The position numbers were made by a program, and so were the translations under genes. The notes below the pieces were generated by a model. That model was not told the origin of the DNA. It saw nothing but the letters and a program-made list of their open reading frames with translations, and searched no databases. DNA of 62,597 nucleotides, the filler included, from Globobulimina sp. (taxonomy: Eukaryota): the NCBI GenBank assembly GCA_003354225.1. It is 22 parts of 22 records of this genome, joined end to end, with 100 filler letters (N's around TTAATTAATTAA, not from the genome) between each part and the next. Parts side by side here need not be neighbours in the genome. Positions count along the whole stretch, not along the records: positions 59,850 to 62,597 come from PIVH01005082.1; 21 more parts are not named here. The stretch is one strand, 5' to 3'. Shown here one piece after another: positions 59,750 to 62,597 of the stretch; the first letter of the stretch is position 1; the number at the start of each line of letters is the position of its first letter.

Positions 59750-60373
59750 NNNNNNNNNNNNNNNNNNNNNNNNNNNNNNNNNNNNNNNNNNNNTTAATTA
59801 ATTAANNNNNNNNNNNNNNNNNNNNNNNNNNNNNNNNNNNNNNNNNNNNTAAATATATTTTGGCTGCAGACTTTGATTGTTGCAATGGAAAGCCCATATT
59901 GATCAACATTTGATATGTTCCGGAGTTTTCTGCGTAATTATAAGATTGCAACAAAACTTATAATATTTGTGTTATAATTATAGATGGCCATGTGCAAAAA
60001 TAAACATGCATACAAATTCGTTGCGTATGCACACCGTCAGAGGAAAGAAATAATAACGGGACAACGCCTTTGTGTATACCACTTTTATTTTTGCATATTG
60101 CCATATGATATGATGGACACATACCAATAGTTTCCGGTGAGTTCATTATTGTTTTCATTTAGTTGGTTTACATGAAATGGAGTCCGGATCTAGTTCTCAA
60201 AGCAACAAAAAAACTAAAGAATGTTTTTATCACAAAGGATGTTTTTTACTTGACATCACAAGGAAATATTGTTACAAAATCATAAACACCAAATTGACAT
60301 ACGCATAAATTAAGGCATTATGAGTGCATATTGTAAGTATTATTATCAGTGACAGACTGACAGTGTGCGCGCG

Positions 60374-61786
60374 ATGGAAATTGACAATGGATATTATGTC
60401 GAATGGTGTCTATGGGTATTTGTGTGGATGAGTTATTTCTTCATTACAGTGTACCAAGCAAGAAAAATGCACTCTAAATCGTTAAGTTCATTTAAATCGA
60501 GACATTACAATTTAACAAAAGATTTACGGAAAAAGAAATTTTCAATTCAATGTTATGGAATAAGTGGACAATTAATACAAATGGCGATCAACTTTCCATA
60601 TTGGAGGTTTTATTCGATATCACGCAGATTATCGGCCATTGGAAATATAATCCCGTCTTCAATGGTTTTGTGTTTTTTTGTGATTGACAGATATTTATAT
60701 GCCATCAAAATGAATGCACTGAGTGCAGTGCGAGCGAGTGTCGATGAGCAAAAATTGTCGCCACCAAAGGAAAAAAAGAGTATTAGTATGAAGGCAAAAC
60801 CAAAACGATCGTCAACAATTACAATCAATCAAATAAATGCAATTAAACCTATCGTAGAAAGCGAATCGTTTCCAATTGCACACCGATCGTCGTCGATGGA
60901 TTCGGATTTGAAGGTAAAATCGCTTGGCGACACAATAATAAATACCAATTTGGTGCGATGTAATTCAAAATTGGAATATGCATCGATGGCAAAACGCAGT
61001 TCATATTTTGCTTTATTTTCAAGCACAAATACGAGTTATTTTGGAACGCGAAAATTAAAACGAAATATCAGTATGTTGCTATTTATGACGATATTGTTTG
61101 TCACTGTCGGCTGTATATTTGTATCGATTACGAGATTAGCAATATTTTGGATAATCGCGGATGTTTCCATATGGGTCTTATTTGGCTTATTACTGCATTC
61201 CGCAAATACATTATTCAAATTTAAACGTATTTTAAAGTCTGAGATGCGGCAACTATTAGAAAATAATAATTGCGATGATGTTACAGAAATTCTTGACGAT
61301 TACCAGCAAAAAAATACTATTTCATATTTACCGACAACATTACAACAAATTAGAAGCAAAATATTTGAAATATGTGGCAATGTTAACAAAGTGAAAAGCA
61401 TTTATGCGAATCCGGTAAAAGTTATAAATGTCGAAAATGAAAATAAAATATGTACAAAAAAACCGACATTTACTAGGAGCAGTACCTATGATACAACAAA
61501 GTTTAAAGCAACGGCAACATTAAATATTGAACAAAATATGAATAGAGGGTCATTGAGAATTAATGTAGCAAATAAAAGATTATTATTTCAACTATTTTGG
61601 GCATCCGTATTAGGCATATTTGCGGTGTTTATGCTGCATTCTCGAATAATGATATTAGTCACAGATACATCTCAATTAAGTTGTGAATGGGGATATAAAT
61701 CAAATAAATTTAAGCTCAATTTTGAAATAATACCATTGTTAGTTACATGGAGTTATGCTATATATTCAAATCGGATGAATATTTAA
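60374..61786 (+). CDS. Multi-pass (7TM-like) membrane protein with long cytoplasmic loops
   Basis: About 7 hydrophobic helices, IDRY after the third helix, S/K-rich loops. Confidence 0.7.
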   Translation: MEIDNGYYVEWCLWVFVWMSYFFITVYQARKMHSKSLSSFKSRHYNLTKDLRKKKFSIQCYGISGQLIQMAINFPYWRFYSISRRLSAIGNIIPSSMVLCFFVIDRYLYAIKMNALSAVRASVDEQKLSPPKEKKSISMKAKPKRSSTITINQINAIKPIVESESFPIAHRSSSMDSDLKVKSLGDTIINTNLVRCNSKLEYASMAKRSSYFALFSSTNTSYFGTRKLKRNISMLLFMTILFVTVGCIFVSITRLAIFWIIADVSIWVLFGLLLHSANTLFKFKRILKSEMRQLLENNNCDDVTEILDDYQQKNTISYLPTTLQQIRSKIFEICGNVNKVKSIYANPVKVINVENENKICTKKPTFTRSSTYDTTKFKATATLNIEQNMNRGSLRINVANKRLLFQLFWASVLGIFAVFMLHSRIMILVTDTSQLSCEWGYKSNKFKLNFEIIPLLVTWSYAIYSNRMNI

Positions 61787-61943
61787 TGAAATGACATACT
61801 CTGAAAAGTCATATCGATCTCTGTTTCTCTTGTTTGAATTTATTACTGTTATATAACGAATCTGTGATTGTATTGGTAAGCATACGTATATATACTTAGC
61901 ATTGCAGTCAGAGTCCATACATTTTCGAGTTTAAGTTTCAAAG

Positions 61944-62338
61944 TTAGTTTGTGTGAAATGTTTTTAATTCAGATACCAAAATGTATTGTTTACATTCAGA
62001 TACCATTAACACACTGCCGGGCCGCATTGAAGCACAGCCACAATCATCTGTGCATTTTTGTTGCCCATTGGAATTGAATGCTTCTTCACGATCATAGCAT
62101 TTTCTATTGCAATTTTTATATATTTCACATGAAGGTTCATCATAATAAGTAGTCTCGCCGCTGCATTGACTGTCGATAAGTCGATCCTGATAGATGAACA
62201 ATAACAATCACTCTCACAACTACCTGATTCTAATGATTCATCTTTATGATAACATTTGAAATTGCATACATTCTCTGCTATAGTAAATCTACATGCAATA
62301 AAAGCACAAAATGCAAGCAAGTTAAGTGGCATCAACAT
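61944..62338 (-). pseudogene. Small secreted Cys-rich repeat gene with frameshift(s)
   Basis: Signal peptide + CNFKCY...CESDCYCSSIR in one frame. Homologous repeat CNRKCY...CTDDCGCASMR in another frame. No obvious intron between them. Confidence 0.55.
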
Positions 62339-62597
62339 GCTACAAGCGTCTGACTGACTGACTTGGCATTTTAGTACAAGTACATGCTTATATTTTCTGT
62401 AACTCTGGTTTAATTAGATGAGAAATGATATTTTCTCTGTAGGTTTCGCTCATTTAACACATTTAAAAATTTAATTATAAATTGCTTTGTATCCACTGAT
62501 TTGGTGCATCAATATGTAGTATTTTGCCTCGAATCTGTCCAAATATGCATCTTAAATATGCCATAGCTACATCATCACCATTAACAGTATTAAACCC

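Noticed and set aside
2753-59849. Regularly spaced TTAATTAATTAA units as a CRISPR-like array, telomere or nanochromosome boundary
   Set aside because: They sit inside fixed N padding, cut through genes and separate contigs of monotonically decreasing length. This is a concatenation linker.
1-62597. Alternative genetic code, rRNA genes, transposase/RT genes, prokaryotic operons or defence systems
   Set aside because: Conserved genes translate cleanly with the standard code once introns are removed, and no such signatures were seen.

Overview
The window is not one locus. It is 22 unrelated short contigs of 2752 down to 2748 bp, sorted by length and joined by an artificial 100-bp spacer (44 N + TTAATTAATTAA + 44 N), so no synteny can be inferred across spacers. 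The DNA comes from an AT-rich, gene-dense eukaryote with the standard code, short GT-AG introns (mostly 50-90 nt, a few ~300 nt) and very short intergenic spacers. The gene-family style suggests a foraminiferan/rhizarian protist (inference). Recognisable genes include leishmanolysin, two mitochondrial carriers, RAD51C, COX5B, ThrRS, ORC3, a mevalonate kinase-like protein, a class I peroxidase, a class 3 lipase, DENN, TBC, FHA-RING and AAAP/EamA transporters. Most notable: (1) two long PPR genes with a strict three-motif P-L-S periodicity, the architecture of plant organellar RNA-editing factors, both cut off before any E/DYW domain could be seen; (2) an intron-containing archaeal-type AlaX-S editing domain with altered Zn ligands behind an AIMP1-like coiled coil; (3) two bacterial-looking fragments (class III cyclase, GH9) fused at contig ends, probably chimeras; (4) several apparent pseudo-enzymes, an inverted-repeat element, a tandem duplication with reciprocal gene loss and a structured GC-rich non-coding island. 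All family calls are from motif recognition, not database searches.
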